From: Chloroflexota bacterium
Lineage (GTDB): Bacteria > Chloroflexota > Dehalococcoidia > Lucifugimonadales > JADFKI01
Direction of reading: 5' to 3'
DNA: 64,000 nucleotides
NCBI GenBank assembly: GCA_027623195.1
Contig: JAQBUT010000002.1
Location: 111,193-175,192, forward strand
Under the pieces are notes generated by a model. That model had not been told where the DNA came from. It searched no databases and saw only the letters and a program-made list of their open reading frames with translations. Shown here piece by piece: positions 48,847 through 57,933 of the stretch. A program made the translations under genes and the position numbers. How positions within the stretch are numbered: position 1 is the stretch's first letter; each line of letters starts with the position of its first letter.

Positions 48847-49054
48847 TATTTTTTTCTCCACCAACTTGACTGTATTTTCGCAACGAAGCCGTAGACCCAT
48901 TCAGGAAGACGGTGCGCCTAACGGTCGCGGGTCGATTATATAGGCGCGATGCGATAATGTCTGCCTGGCGCTCCCGCTCCCCGGCTGGCGTAATCACGAA
49001 ACAGGCCCCAATGCCCGCAGTCAAATTACCAGGCTGGTTTGCTACAATTCCCCG

Positions 49055-50347
49055 ATGATTGCGCCCGCTTCCCCTGCCGCAACCGACTCCTGGATGCATC
49101 GCCTGCCGTTCTTCTACGGCTGGGTGGTTTTGGCAGCTGGAGGAATGGGCATGTTCTTCTCGGGCCCGGGCCAGACCTATGTTGTTTCCATATTCGTGGA
49201 CCCAATGCTGAACGACCTGGGCTGGAGCCGCACGCTGTACGCTGGGCTCTACACCGGCGGCACCATCACCGCCGCGACGCTGGTGCCTGTCGTCGGAAAG
49301 ATGCTGGACCGGTACGGCGGGCGGGTAATGCTCGTAGCCGTTTCGCTAATTTTCGGCGTGGCGATTCAGCTGATGCGGTTCGTAGACGAGCCTTTGCAGC
49401 TCTTCTTTGGCTTCTTGGCAATACGGGCCTTGGGCCAGGGCTCTCTTGGCCTGATCTCTACTACGCTGGCGGCAATGTGGTTCGTCCGCATGCGGGGAAG
49501 GGCCATGGCCTTCATGGCGCTGGCGTCGCCTGCCAGCCAGGCGGCGTTCCCGATGCTGACCTTCTTCCTCATAGCGGCGGTGGGATGGCGCAGCGCGTGG
49601 GGAGTGCTAGGTCTGATTGTGTGGATAGCCCTCGTGCCCACCGGCGTGTTTTTGGTGCGACGCAGCCCGGAGGCCATTGGCATGCTTCCCGACGGCGACA
49701 GACGCACGGCAGAAGGGGCAAGCGATAGGCCTGGCGATTCACGGTCGCAGGACTGGACGCTAGGTGAGGCCGTTCGCACCAGGTCCTTCTGGCTGCTGCT
49801 GATCGCCGGGTCGTCCCTCTCCATGATTAGCACGGCGCTGGCTTTCCACCACATATCGCTGATGGTCAGCAAAGGGCTGGGGGCGGGCATGGCTGCCGGA
49901 GTGCTGAGCTTTACTGCGCCAATAGCACTGGTCGGCACATTCCTGGGCGGGTTCCTGGCAGACAAGTTGCCGAACCGGTTCTTGCTTGCGGCTGGACAGG
50001 TAGGGCTGCTGATGACCATGCTGTGGGTGCTGAACGTGTCCGAGGCCTGGGAGGCCTTCGCCTACGGCGGCATTATGGGCCTAACCCAGGGAACCATCAT
50101 GACAGTGACCAACGTTATCTGGCCCAACTACTTTGGCCGGGCGCACATCGGCAGCATTAGAGGCGTGGCCAGCTCTGCGATGGTGGCCTCCTCGGCGTTG
50201 GGCCCGCTGCCCTTCGGCTTCATCTTCGACAGGACGGGCGACTACAACGTCGCCATTCTGGCATTTCTAGGCCTGCCCATCGCCTGCGCCGCGCTCAGCC
50301 TGCTGGCCCGCCCTCCCGTGAAGCGGCTAGTGGCTGCGGGGAGGTAG
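49055..50347 (+). CDS. MFS transporter
   Basis: FFYGWVV, GKMLDRYGGR, WFVRMRGRA, GWRSAW, GFLADK, YFGR. Confidence 0.92.
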   Translation: MIAPASPAATDSWMHRLPFFYGWVVLAAGGMGMFFSGPGQTYVVSIFVDPMLNDLGWSRTLYAGLYTGGTITAATLVPVVGKMLDRYGGRVMLVAVSLIFGVAIQLMRFVDEPLQLFFGFLAIRALGQGSLGLISTTLAAMWFVRMRGRAMAFMALASPASQAAFPMLTFFLIAAVGWRSAWGVLGLIVWIALVPTGVFLVRRSPEAIGMLPDGDRRTAEGASDRPGDSRSQDWTLGEAVRTRSFWLLLIAGSSLSMISTALAFHHISLMVSKGLGAGMAAGVLSFTAPIALVGTFLGGFLADKLPNRFLLAAGQVGLLMTMLWVLNVSEAWEAFAYGGIMGLTQGTIMTVTNVIWPNYFGRAHIGSIRGVASSAMVASSALGPLPFGFIFDRTGDYNVAILAFLGLPIACAALSLLARPPVKRLVAAGR

Positions 50348-50355
50348 GGGTGTCA

Positions 50356-51282
50356 CTACCCCCAGCCATACTGGGTTTTGAATTCCTTCCGCTGCTCTTC
50401 GGTCTCGATCACCGTGCCGTCGGGGAAAGTTGCTCCGATGATAGAGGCGGCTTGAGCGAGTTGGGTGTTGGTCGTGCCGACTGCACCCCGCAGGTCGGCC
50501 CCAGCCAGGTAGGCCCCCGTCAGGTAGGCCCCAGCCAGGTAGGCCCCCGTCAGGTCGGCCCCGTTCAGGTCGGCCCCCGTCAGGTAGGCCCCCGTCAGGT
50601 TGGCCCGCGACAGGTCGGCCTCCGCCAGGTAGGCCCGCGACAGGTCGGCCCCCATCAGGAAGGCGCTCGTCAAGTCGGCCCGCGACAGGTCGATACGCTT
50701 CAGGACGGAGATTAGTTTCGCATCTCCGGTGTGGGAACCGCTGGCATCGTCATCGCCGCCTGTCGCTTCAGGACCGCCCAGCAGGGCGGCGTCCCTCAGG
50801 AAGCCGAACACCGCATTTCTGTGTTCCACATTAGCCAGGACGCGGATTGTGGCGGCGGTCCTGGCCCGCATGACCTGAACACCTCGCTCGTTGTTCAGGG
50901 CGTTGTTGACGATGAACGTGCCCATGCTGTCCAGGTAGCTGTTCAGCGTCTCCTGTTGCACGCGCCCGCCTGCGATTTCACGGTCTGATTGGACGCGCTC
51001 CTCCGCAATCCTGCGGTCAGTCCTGTTTTCTGAGCGTTGGATCAGGGTGCCGATGACGACGATGGACAGCGGGATCAGAAGCAACTGCATCCAGTCCTTC
51101 AAGGTCATATCGCCAAATCCGAACTCCAGCACGCCGGTGCCCACTAGAGCTGGTATGCCTATTACCACGAAGGCCACAACCAAGATGATCACCGCTGCCA
51201 AGGGGCTTACACGGCGTGATTTTGCATTGGCCAGAAGGGATTGTGCGGAAAACTTCTTGAGAATTCGCATGGTGAGGTGCAT
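50356..51282 (-). CDS. Membrane-anchored pentapeptide-repeat protein
   Basis: Two TM helices, TLKDWMQLL, LNSYLDSM, RARTAATIRVL, then A[DY]L[ST]G repeats and GATFPDG. Start at 51282 or 51270. Confidence 0.85.
   Translation of the reverse strand: MHLTMRILKKFSAQSLLANAKSRRVSPLAAVIILVVAFVVIGIPALVGTGVLEFGFGDMTLKDWMQLLLIPLSIVVIGTLIQRSENRTDRRIAEERVQSDREIAGGRVQQETLNSYLDSMGTFIVNNALNNERGVQVMRARTAATIRVLANVEHRNAVFGFLRDAALLGGPEATGGDDDASGSHTGDAKLISVLKRIDLSRADLTSAFLMGADLSRAYLAEADLSRANLTGAYLTGADLNGADLTGAYLAGAYLTGAYLAGADLRGAVGTTNTQLAQAASIIGATFPDGTVIETEEQRKEFKTQYGWG
50491..50700. repeat. 15-bp tandem repeat (14 units, CAGGT[AC]GGCCC....) encoding the pentapeptide repeats
   Basis: caggtcggccccagc caggtaggcccccgt caggtaggccccagc caggtaggcccccgt ... 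visible directly in the sequence. Confidence 0.9.
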
Positions 51283-51319
51283 TATACCCGTTGACTCAGG
51301 ACAATGGTTTTTGTCCGTT

Positions 51320-51352
51320 TGTCGTTCCAAGGAGGCACGACGAGGAATGACA
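51320..51352. repeat. Short degenerate TGTC.TTCC...GGAATGACA palindrome
   Basis: TGTCGTTCC (51320-51328) and GGAATGACA (51344-51352). Termini match the 35818 element. Confidence 0.5.
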
Positions 51353-51371
51353 TTGGGCAGGGACCGCCAAC

Positions 51372-51411
51372 AAAAAAAGCCCGTCTCGCCAAATTTGGCG
51401 AGGCGGGCTTT
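51372..51411 (-). terminator. Rho-independent terminator
   Basis: AAAAAAAGCCCGTCTCGCC-aaattt-GGCGAGGCGGGCTTT, downstream of the minus-strand ThDP enzyme. Confidence 0.88.
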
Positions 51412-51438
51412 GCCTGAACCCATCGAAAAGATACAAAA

Positions 51439-53079
51439 CTAACGCCAGTAGCGGGCGATGTTTACCTCTTCCTTGGTCATTATCTCCAGCACGGCAGGAC
51501 GGTTCTCGCGGGTCTGCTCCAGCGCGCGGCGGATGGCGGGGCCGACCTCGTCGGGATTGTCCACGCGCTCGGCATATGCGCCCAGGCCCTCTGACACCTT
51601 GGCGTAGTCGCCGCCCAGCTTGTTGCTGCCCCAGTGCTCCGTGGCATGCGGGAAGTGGTCGTAGTAGTGAGTCATGACGCCGTTGTTCAGAACGATGGTC
51701 AGCGTGCCGATGTTGGACCGCGCCGCCGTCTCGATGTCCATGGCGGACATGCCAAATGCGGCGTCGCCCATGATGTTGATGACCGTCTTTTCCGGCGCGG
51801 CCAGCTTGGCGCCCAGGGCCAGACCAAGGCCGTAGCCCAGCTGTGTCGACTTGCCCCACCCGAGGTAGCCACGAGGCTTCGTCACGGGCCAGAAGGGCAC
51901 TATCTGCTCGCGGGGGTAGCCGGAGTCGTGGGTGACGATGGCGTTGTCGATGTCCACGTTGGCCATCATCTCGTTGATCACTCGGTAAGGACTGATGGGC
52001 ACCTCGTCCGACGTGAAGTTGGGACCCCACACGGCCATGAACTCCTCGCGGATTTTTTGTATCTCGGCACGAACGCCGGTTACGTCGCCCCTGCCCTCTG
52101 CCCCTAACTGCCGTTTGACCTCTTCGATCATCTGCTGCAGGACTATCTTGGCGTCGCCGATGGCGCCGTATTCCGCCCTGTAGTCCTTGTTAACGTCCTC
52201 GGCGCAGTTGGTGGAGTGGCCTAGCGTGACGCCTGCCGGCATGGGCGCGTTGAAGTTCGATATGGTGAAGCTGGTCCCCATGCCCAAAACGAAGTCAGTC
52301 TTCTCCAGGAAGCGCGCGGCCATCAGCGTTCCTGACGACGCGGCGGTGCCCAGAGCCAGCGGATGCGTCTCCGGGAAGGCGCTCTTGCCCGCCAGGGTCG
52401 TCATCACCGGGATGTTGGTCAACTCTGCGAACTCTACCAGCTCATCGGAGGCCTCGGCGTAAAGCACGCCCTGTCCTGTGTTGATGACCGGGTTCTTGGC
52501 CTTAAGTAGTGCCGTTACCAGGTCTCGAACGTCCTCCTGGGACGCGCCGGACTTGCGGACCTTAACAGGCTTGTAGTCCAGGGTGCCTGGAAACTCAGCT
52601 TGGGCAACATCGCCTGGGAACTCCAGCAGCACCGGGCCTGGGCGGCCATGCTTGAGTTGAGTCATGGCTCGGCCAACCATCTCCGGGATGCGCTCGACCA
52701 TGTTGATGTTGCCGGCCCATTTGGTGATGCCCTGGTAGTTGGGTACTGCCTCGAAGTTGGGGTGGACGCCCTGCCGGGCAGCCGGGTTGCCGCCGGGGAT
52801 AAGCAGAATGGGGACCGAGTCGGCGTAGGCCTGCGCCACGCCGCCGAATGCGTTCTCAGCGCCCGGCCCTACCTGCATGGTGAATACGCCGATCTTGTTG
52901 CCGTTGTTTACGCGGCTGAAGCCGTCGGCCATGTTGACGCCCGCGCGCTCCTGCCGACACATGACGGGACGTATCCCCTCCACGGAGCAGGCGTTAATCA
53001 GCGTTTGGGCGGGAAAGCAGGAGATCCACTCAACGCCCTCGGCCTTGAGAATCTTAGCCAGAACCTGGTCACCGTTCAT
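51439..53079 (-). CDS. Thiamine diphosphate-requiring enzyme (acetolactate synthase-like superfamily)
   Basis: CRQERAGVNMADG (catalytic Glu), GPGAEN, RPGPVLLE, GWGKSTQLG, MGDAAFGM...LNNG. RBS AAGGAG. Confidence 0.93.
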   Translation of the reverse strand: MNGDQVLAKILKAEGVEWISCFPAQTLINACSVEGIRPVMCRQERAGVNMADGFSRVNNGNKIGVFTMQVGPGAENAFGGVAQAYADSVPILLIPGGNPAARQGVHPNFEAVPNYQGITKWAGNINMVERIPEMVGRAMTQLKHGRPGPVLLEFPGDVAQAEFPGTLDYKPVKVRKSGASQEDVRDLVTALLKAKNPVINTGQGVLYAEASDELVEFAELTNIPVMTTLAGKSAFPETHPLALGTAASSGTLMAARFLEKTDFVLGMGTSFTISNFNAPMPAGVTLGHSTNCAEDVNKDYRAEYGAIGDAKIVLQQMIEEVKRQLGAEGRGDVTGVRAEIQKIREEFMAVWGPNFTSDEVPISPYRVINEMMANVDIDNAIVTHDSGYPREQIVPFWPVTKPRGYLGWGKSTQLGYGLGLALGAKLAAPEKTVINIMGDAAFGMSAMDIETAARSNIGTLTIVLNNGVMTHYYDHFPHATEHWGSNKLGGDYAKVSEGLGAYAERVDNPDEVGPAIRRALEQTRENRPAVLEIMTKEEVNIARYWR

Positions 53080-53172
53080 GGGACACTCCTTTCGGGGCTG
53101 AAAGCAATCAGCCACCAGCTTTGCCTGTAAGACTTTAGCTGACTGCTAGTGGCTGAAAAGCTGAATGCTTTA

Positions 53173-54066
53173 TTACCTTTGTCTAATGAACTTCTGTATT
53201 CGCTGGCCTTCAAGCACCTCGCCGACGTACATATCGCCGTGAGAGTCGACGGCGGCGCCGTGTGGTGCGACGAACTGGCCTGGCTCGTGGCTGCTTTCGC
53301 CGCCTAGCTGGGACAGCACCTTGCCGGTGGCCGCCTCAACGATGGTCAGGCGATGCTGCAGCTCCGATACATAAGCCTCACCATCAGGTCCGAACGAGAC
53401 GGTGGTAGGCTGCCGGAAGCCCGTCCACATAGCCAAGAACTCGCCTTCCTGATTGAAGATCTGAACCCGGTGGTTTTCGCGGTCGCAGACGACGACTCGC
53501 CCTTCGTGGTCGATGCCAACGCCGTGTGGCAGATGGAAGTCGCCAGGATTGGTCTTGCCGGGCTCGCCCCAAGATAGGATGAGCGATCCAGTAGAACTGT
53601 ACTTATGCACGCGGCAGTTGCTGTATCCATCGGAAACGAAGATATCCCCGCCGTCCCCAATTGCGACATCTGTCGGCATGTTGAACGGTCCGCCGGGCTT
53701 TTCTACCAGGAACCGCTGTGTCTGCTCACCGGTGTCGGAAGGCTTGTCCCTGGAACCCAGCGTTAGCAGAAGCTTGCCTTCCTGGTTGTACTTCAGCACC
53801 ACGTGAGAGTTTCTGTCCACCAGGAAGATGTCGTTATTGTCGTCGACCAGTACGCCGTGAGGCTCCTTGTGCTCTACGTCCCATGAGGTGATCATGTCGC
53901 CCTCACGAGTAAAGATCACCAGGTTGTGAGTGCCTCGGTTGTAAACATAAACGTTGTCGTTCTTATCAACGGCCACACCGGCAACCTGCTTGAACTCCAT
54001 ACCGTCCGGCAGTTTGCCCCAGCCGCTGTCCAGTTCATAGGTATAATTACCGCTTCCAAAAGCCAT
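53173..54066 (-). CDS. NHL-repeat protein (peptidyl-alpha-hydroxyglycine alpha-amidating lyase-like)
   Basis: FNMPTDVA, VSDGYSNCRVHK, FHLPHG, DRENHRVQIF, PHGAAVDSHGD. Confidence 0.9.
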   Translation of the reverse strand: MAFGSGNYTYELDSGWGKLPDGMEFKQVAGVAVDKNDNVYVYNRGTHNLVIFTREGDMITSWDVEHKEPHGVLVDDNNDIFLVDRNSHVVLKYNQEGKLLLTLGSRDKPSDTGEQTQRFLVEKPGGPFNMPTDVAIGDGGDIFVSDGYSNCRVHKYSSTGSLILSWGEPGKTNPGDFHLPHGVGIDHEGRVVVCDRENHRVQIFNQEGEFLAMWTGFRQPTTVSFGPDGEAYVSELQHRLTIVEAATGKVLSQLGGESSHEPGQFVAPHGAAVDSHGDMYVGEVLEGQRIQKFIRQR

Positions 54067-54257
54067 ACTGTTCCCCCTATCTAAAGCCTATGCAATAAGC
54101 ATCGAGAAATGAGTCCGTGTCCCTTTAGAGCGCGTGATTTGGTCGGACGCTACTATAAAGGTGTAATGGGGTGGTGGTCAAGCGAACATTTGCCGGGCAT
54201 GTGCCAGCATCGATATTTCGGTCATCGGGCGTATCCTGCAGAGGATATTGCGCCAAC

Positions 54258-54944
54258 TTACGTCTGCGTCGGAGCGATGGCGAAGTCGTGGACGCTTTCC
54301 ATGTTGTTTAGGGTTTCCGCCAGCTTCCGGAAGTTGTCCGTGTTTTTGGTTCGTATGGTCATCTCGTACTGCATCATATGGGTGTCCACGCGGTAGCTGG
54401 TGGTTGTGCAGGTGAATTCGTGGGTCTTGACCATCGACTGAAACTCGTTCTCCGGAGTAGAGTTGTCCTCGTTAAATCGTACTCGCAGCCGAGCGAAGCT
54501 GTAGGTTGGGGCCTTGTTTTCCACCAGTCGCAGCACGGAGAGCGTGCCCACTGTGAGTATCAAGGCTATTAACGCTGCGAACAGCATCCCGGAGCCGATC
54601 ATTATGCCAATAGACGCTGTAATCCATATGGAGGCGGAGGTGGTCAGGCCGCGAATGGTCAGGCCTTCCCGAATGATTACGCCAGCCCCCAGGAATCCGA
54701 TGCCCGTCATGATGCCCTGGGCCATGCGAGTGGGGTCGGTGCGTACGGCCTCCACGGGGATGTTTGGAATGGCCTGGAACTGGTAGACGGTGAGCAGCAT
54801 TAGCAGGCTAGAAGCTGTGGCAACCAGCGCATGCGTCCGGAAGCCTGCAGGCCGACCGAAGTAGGTCCTCTCGATACCTACAAGGGAGCCGGCCCCGGCT
54901 GCCAACACGAGGCGAATGACGATTGTTATGTACTGGTCTTCCAC
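54258..54944 (-). CDS. MgtC/SapB family protein
   Basis: GIER...PAGFRTH, DPTRMAQGIMTGIGFLGAG, GLTTSASIW. Confidence 0.93.
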   Translation of the reverse strand: MEDQYITIVIRLVLAAGAGSLVGIERTYFGRPAGFRTHALVATASSLLMLLTVYQFQAIPNIPVEAVRTDPTRMAQGIMTGIGFLGAGVIIREGLTIRGLTTSASIWITASIGIMIGSGMLFAALIALILTVGTLSVLRLVENKAPTYSFARLRVRFNEDNSTPENEFQSMVKTHEFTCTTTSYRVDTHMMQYEMTIRTKNTDNFRKLAETLNNMESVHDFAIAPTQT

Positions 54945-54972
54945 AGGCGCAAACCCTTTGGTAAATCTGTCC

Positions 54973-55962
54973 TTAGCTCAGCCTATATGCCCTGGTGGCG
55001 GTGTCGTGGAACAGTGACGCTCGCTCGCTTGCTGAAAAATCTTTGGACATACGCTTGAAGGCGTTCCACATTACGTTGTAGGAGAAAGAAGCCTTATCCA
55101 CAGGGAAATTGCTCTCGAACATGCAACGCTCCGGCCCGAACTTCTCGATGCACCACATGTAATAGGGGGCCGTGCGCTCGGCTAGTTGCTCCGATGTAGG
55201 TGGCGTGTCCTGCAGGTGCCAATCGAAGCCGTAGGTCACCATTCCACAACCCCCGACCTTGACGACAACGTTGGGGTTTTCGGACAGCTTTGCCATGTCA
55301 GCCTGCCACTGCGGGAAAATCTCGTCACGCTTGTCTGCGTACGGCCCGATGCCCAGTGGCCCCCCAATGTGGTCCAGAATTATCGTGGTGTCAGGGAAGG
55401 CCTTGGCCAGGCCGTCCAGCTCCAGGATTTGCGGGTGATACAGCCACGCGTCGTAGGAGAGGTTTCGAGGCTGCAACTGGGCAAAGCCTTCGCGGAACTT
55501 GGAATCGCCTAGTAGACCCTTGGGTGGCCTGCGGTAGGCCGGAATGTCTGGACTGGCGTCCCATGGGGACGCGTGGCGTATGCCTCGGAATTTCCCGTGG
55601 GCTGTTTCAATGTGCATGTCTAGTATTTCGCCGGCGCGTTCGCCGATCGTGAAATCCACGTGACCCACGATGCCCGCGATGACATCCGTGCTGCCCTGCA
55701 TGCCACTGTTGCTATAGACGTACTCGGTCTCGCCCAGAGGCTTTAGCTCATCCGGCCCGCTCTGCCTGTACTCGGAGGACGCCTCGACGAAGACGGTGCT
55801 CGTTATGTTGTGGCCCGAATTTGTGTCACTCAGGAGGTCTTCGAGGATGTAGCGGTTGTCCGGCCGGTCCCATAGGTGGTGGTGCGGGTCGCATATAGGC
55901 AGGTCTGGTTCCAGCGTTCCCTCTTCGGTAAGCTTTAGCCAGTCTTCTCGAGGCGTAACCAT
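54973..55962 (-). CDS. Amidohydrolase family protein (Amidohydro_2, lactonase-like)
   Basis: ICDPHHHLW, TVFVEA, FRGIR, LDHIGGP, CMFESNFPVD. Confidence 0.92.
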   Translation of the reverse strand: MVTPREDWLKLTEEGTLEPDLPICDPHHHLWDRPDNRYILEDLLSDTNSGHNITSTVFVEASSEYRQSGPDELKPLGETEYVYSNSGMQGSTDVIAGIVGHVDFTIGERAGEILDMHIETAHGKFRGIRHASPWDASPDIPAYRRPPKGLLGDSKFREGFAQLQPRNLSYDAWLYHPQILELDGLAKAFPDTTIILDHIGGPLGIGPYADKRDEIFPQWQADMAKLSENPNVVVKVGGCGMVTYGFDWHLQDTPPTSEQLAERTAPYYMWCIEKFGPERCMFESNFPVDKASFSYNVMWNAFKRMSKDFSASERASLFHDTATRAYRLS

Positions 55963-56024
55963 ATTTGCTCCTTAACAGGCTTTTATCTCATTTGTCGGTA
56001 TGGCAGATGTCGGAGTGTCGTCGG

Positions 56025-57515
56025 TTAGCCGCCCGACGAGAACTTGCCCGCCCCCTCGCCGGCAATCTTGCCGAACACCGCGCCGCACGTCAGGCCTGAG
56101 CCGCCGGGATAGTTGTTGTAGAAGATCCCGCCGGTCAGCTCGCCCGCCGCATAGAGACCGGGGATGGGCCGGTCCTCCGTATCAATTACCTGTGCCTGAG
56201 GGTTAATTTTGAGCCCGCCGAAGGTGAACGTGAGTCCGCAGGTCACTGCGTATCCCATGTAAGGTGGCTCATCCAGCGTCAAAGCCCAGTTGGACTTGGG
56301 GGGCTCCACTCCCTCAGTGTGCTTGCCGTCTAGCACAGTGGGGTTGTACTCGCCCGGCTGCACCGCGGCGTTGTAATTGCGCACCGTGGCCGCCAGCGCT
56401 TCGGGCTCAATGCTCATGCCATCGGCCAGTTCCTCTATGGTGTTTGCCTCCACTACGGACGCCTGAGGAATGAAGTACTCGTCCCTCAGCAGGTGCTTGG
56501 TCTTCTGATCGAATAACTGGAATGCCACGCGCTGGGGCTGCTTGAGAATCTCCTTGCCGTACTTGGCATAGGTATAGTTGCGCAGGTCGGCGCCCTCGTC
56601 CACGAATCGATCTCCGTTCACGTTGACGATAAGCCCAAAGGGGTATGAGTGCTTTTGGAAGAGGTCCGCGATAACCCTGTCCCCTGTGGGAGGCGCGTTC
56701 ATGTCCCAGGCTACGGCGTGGGAGCCGCTCCAGTGCCCGAAAGACTGTGCGCCGATGTCCAGGGCCATTCGTATGCCGTCGCCCGTGTTGAACTGGGTGC
56801 CGCGTACCTTGGCCAGTTCCCAGCCCTGTCCCAGGTACCTGGTGCGCATCTCGGCGTTGGCCTCGAAGCCGCCGCACGCCAGAACGACTGACCTGGTCTT
56901 AATTTCGCGGTAGCCTTCAGGGCCGCGAACGGTAATGCCGCTGATGTTGCCCTGTGTGTCGATGTGCAGCTTATCGGCCTTGGTCTGGTACAGAATGGAG
57001 ATGCCCTTGCGTTCCGCAGCCTGGAACTCCTGATCTGACAGGCCTTTGCCCGCGCCAACCGCCTCGACTATGAGGCCTCCCCAGAAGCGGTACTTGCCCT
57101 CGTGCATAAAAGACTGCCTTCCGTAGGCTAGAACCATGCGGACGCCCTGCCGCTGGAGCCACTTCATCGTGGGCAGGGACTGACCTATAAGGACCTGCGC
57201 CAGCTCGGGGTCGGAGAGGCCCTCCGTCACGCGCATCAGGTCGTCGTAGAACTTGGCTTGGGGATAGCTTCCCACGTCCATGTTCTCCCGCTCCTCTTCG
57301 GTAATGTCGGGTATGACCTCCATGATGTCGTCTATGCCGTTGTAAACGAACCTAAATAGTCCGCCGCTGAAGTAGGAGTTTCCCCCTCTCAGGTATTCTG
57401 GGGCCTTCTCCAGGACCACAACGGACGCCCCTTGGTCCGACGCAGCTAGCGCCGCGCTTAAAGCTGCGTTGCCCGCTCCTGCCACTACAACATCGAACTG
57501 CTCTTGTGTCGCCAT
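56025..57515 (-). CDS. tcuA: FAD-dependent tricarballylate dehydrogenase TcuA-like flavoprotein
   Basis: VVAGAGNAA, RGGNS, LACGGFEAN, VRGT..NTGDG, TFTFGGL, PGGSGL...VFG. Confidence 0.85.
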   Translation of the reverse strand: MATQEQFDVVVAGAGNAALSAALAASDQGASVVVLEKAPEYLRGGNSYFSGGLFRFVYNGIDDIMEVIPDITEEERENMDVGSYPQAKFYDDLMRVTEGLSDPELAQVLIGQSLPTMKWLQRQGVRMVLAYGRQSFMHEGKYRFWGGLIVEAVGAGKGLSDQEFQAAERKGISILYQTKADKLHIDTQGNISGITVRGPEGYREIKTRSVVLACGGFEANAEMRTRYLGQGWELAKVRGTQFNTGDGIRMALDIGAQSFGHWSGSHAVAWDMNAPPTGDRVIADLFQKHSYPFGLIVNVNGDRFVDEGADLRNYTYAKYGKEILKQPQRVAFQLFDQKTKHLLRDEYFIPQASVVEANTIEELADGMSIEPEALAATVRNYNAAVQPGEYNPTVLDGKHTEGVEPPKSNWALTLDEPPYMGYAVTCGLTFTFGGLKINPQAQVIDTEDRPIPGLYAAGELTGGIFYNNYPGGSGLTCGAVFGKIAGEGAGKFSSGG

Positions 57516-57933
57516 TTACGTATTCGGCCTCCATTTATTTGTAGGCAGCCGTAGCCTAATGCCGCGTCATTGAGAGGGTGAGCCGTGTTCAGCCATGACC
57601 ATTGTCAAAGGGTTTTACCCAGGTCGTGGCGAGAACTCGCTCCCTTTTCGGTATTCTTTTTCTGGGCTGACGGTACACGATTCTTGGCCACCTGTAAAGA
57701 AATTTCCAGCCTGGAATAACGATGGTGGTCAAGACCTGGTAGTTAGTTCGCAGTAATTTGTTTTTAGTTAATTGCGAGCGGCAACCGCGGGGGGAAACCA
57801 GATGCTAAAAACCGATTACTTAAAACTTATCCCTTGATAATTGGCTGGCGCGAAATCTGTCCATATAAACGAAGTGGGACATGTGCGTCCCAATCTCTTG
57901 CTATGGCCAGATTGCTTTTGTGGTCAAAGACTG

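Noticed and set aside
50350..50715. Plus-strand ORF with (QVGPR)n repeats, or a possible CRISPR-like array
   Set aside because: It is the antisense shadow of the pentapeptide-repeat gene. The units are contiguous 15-mers with no spacers, and no cas genes are present.
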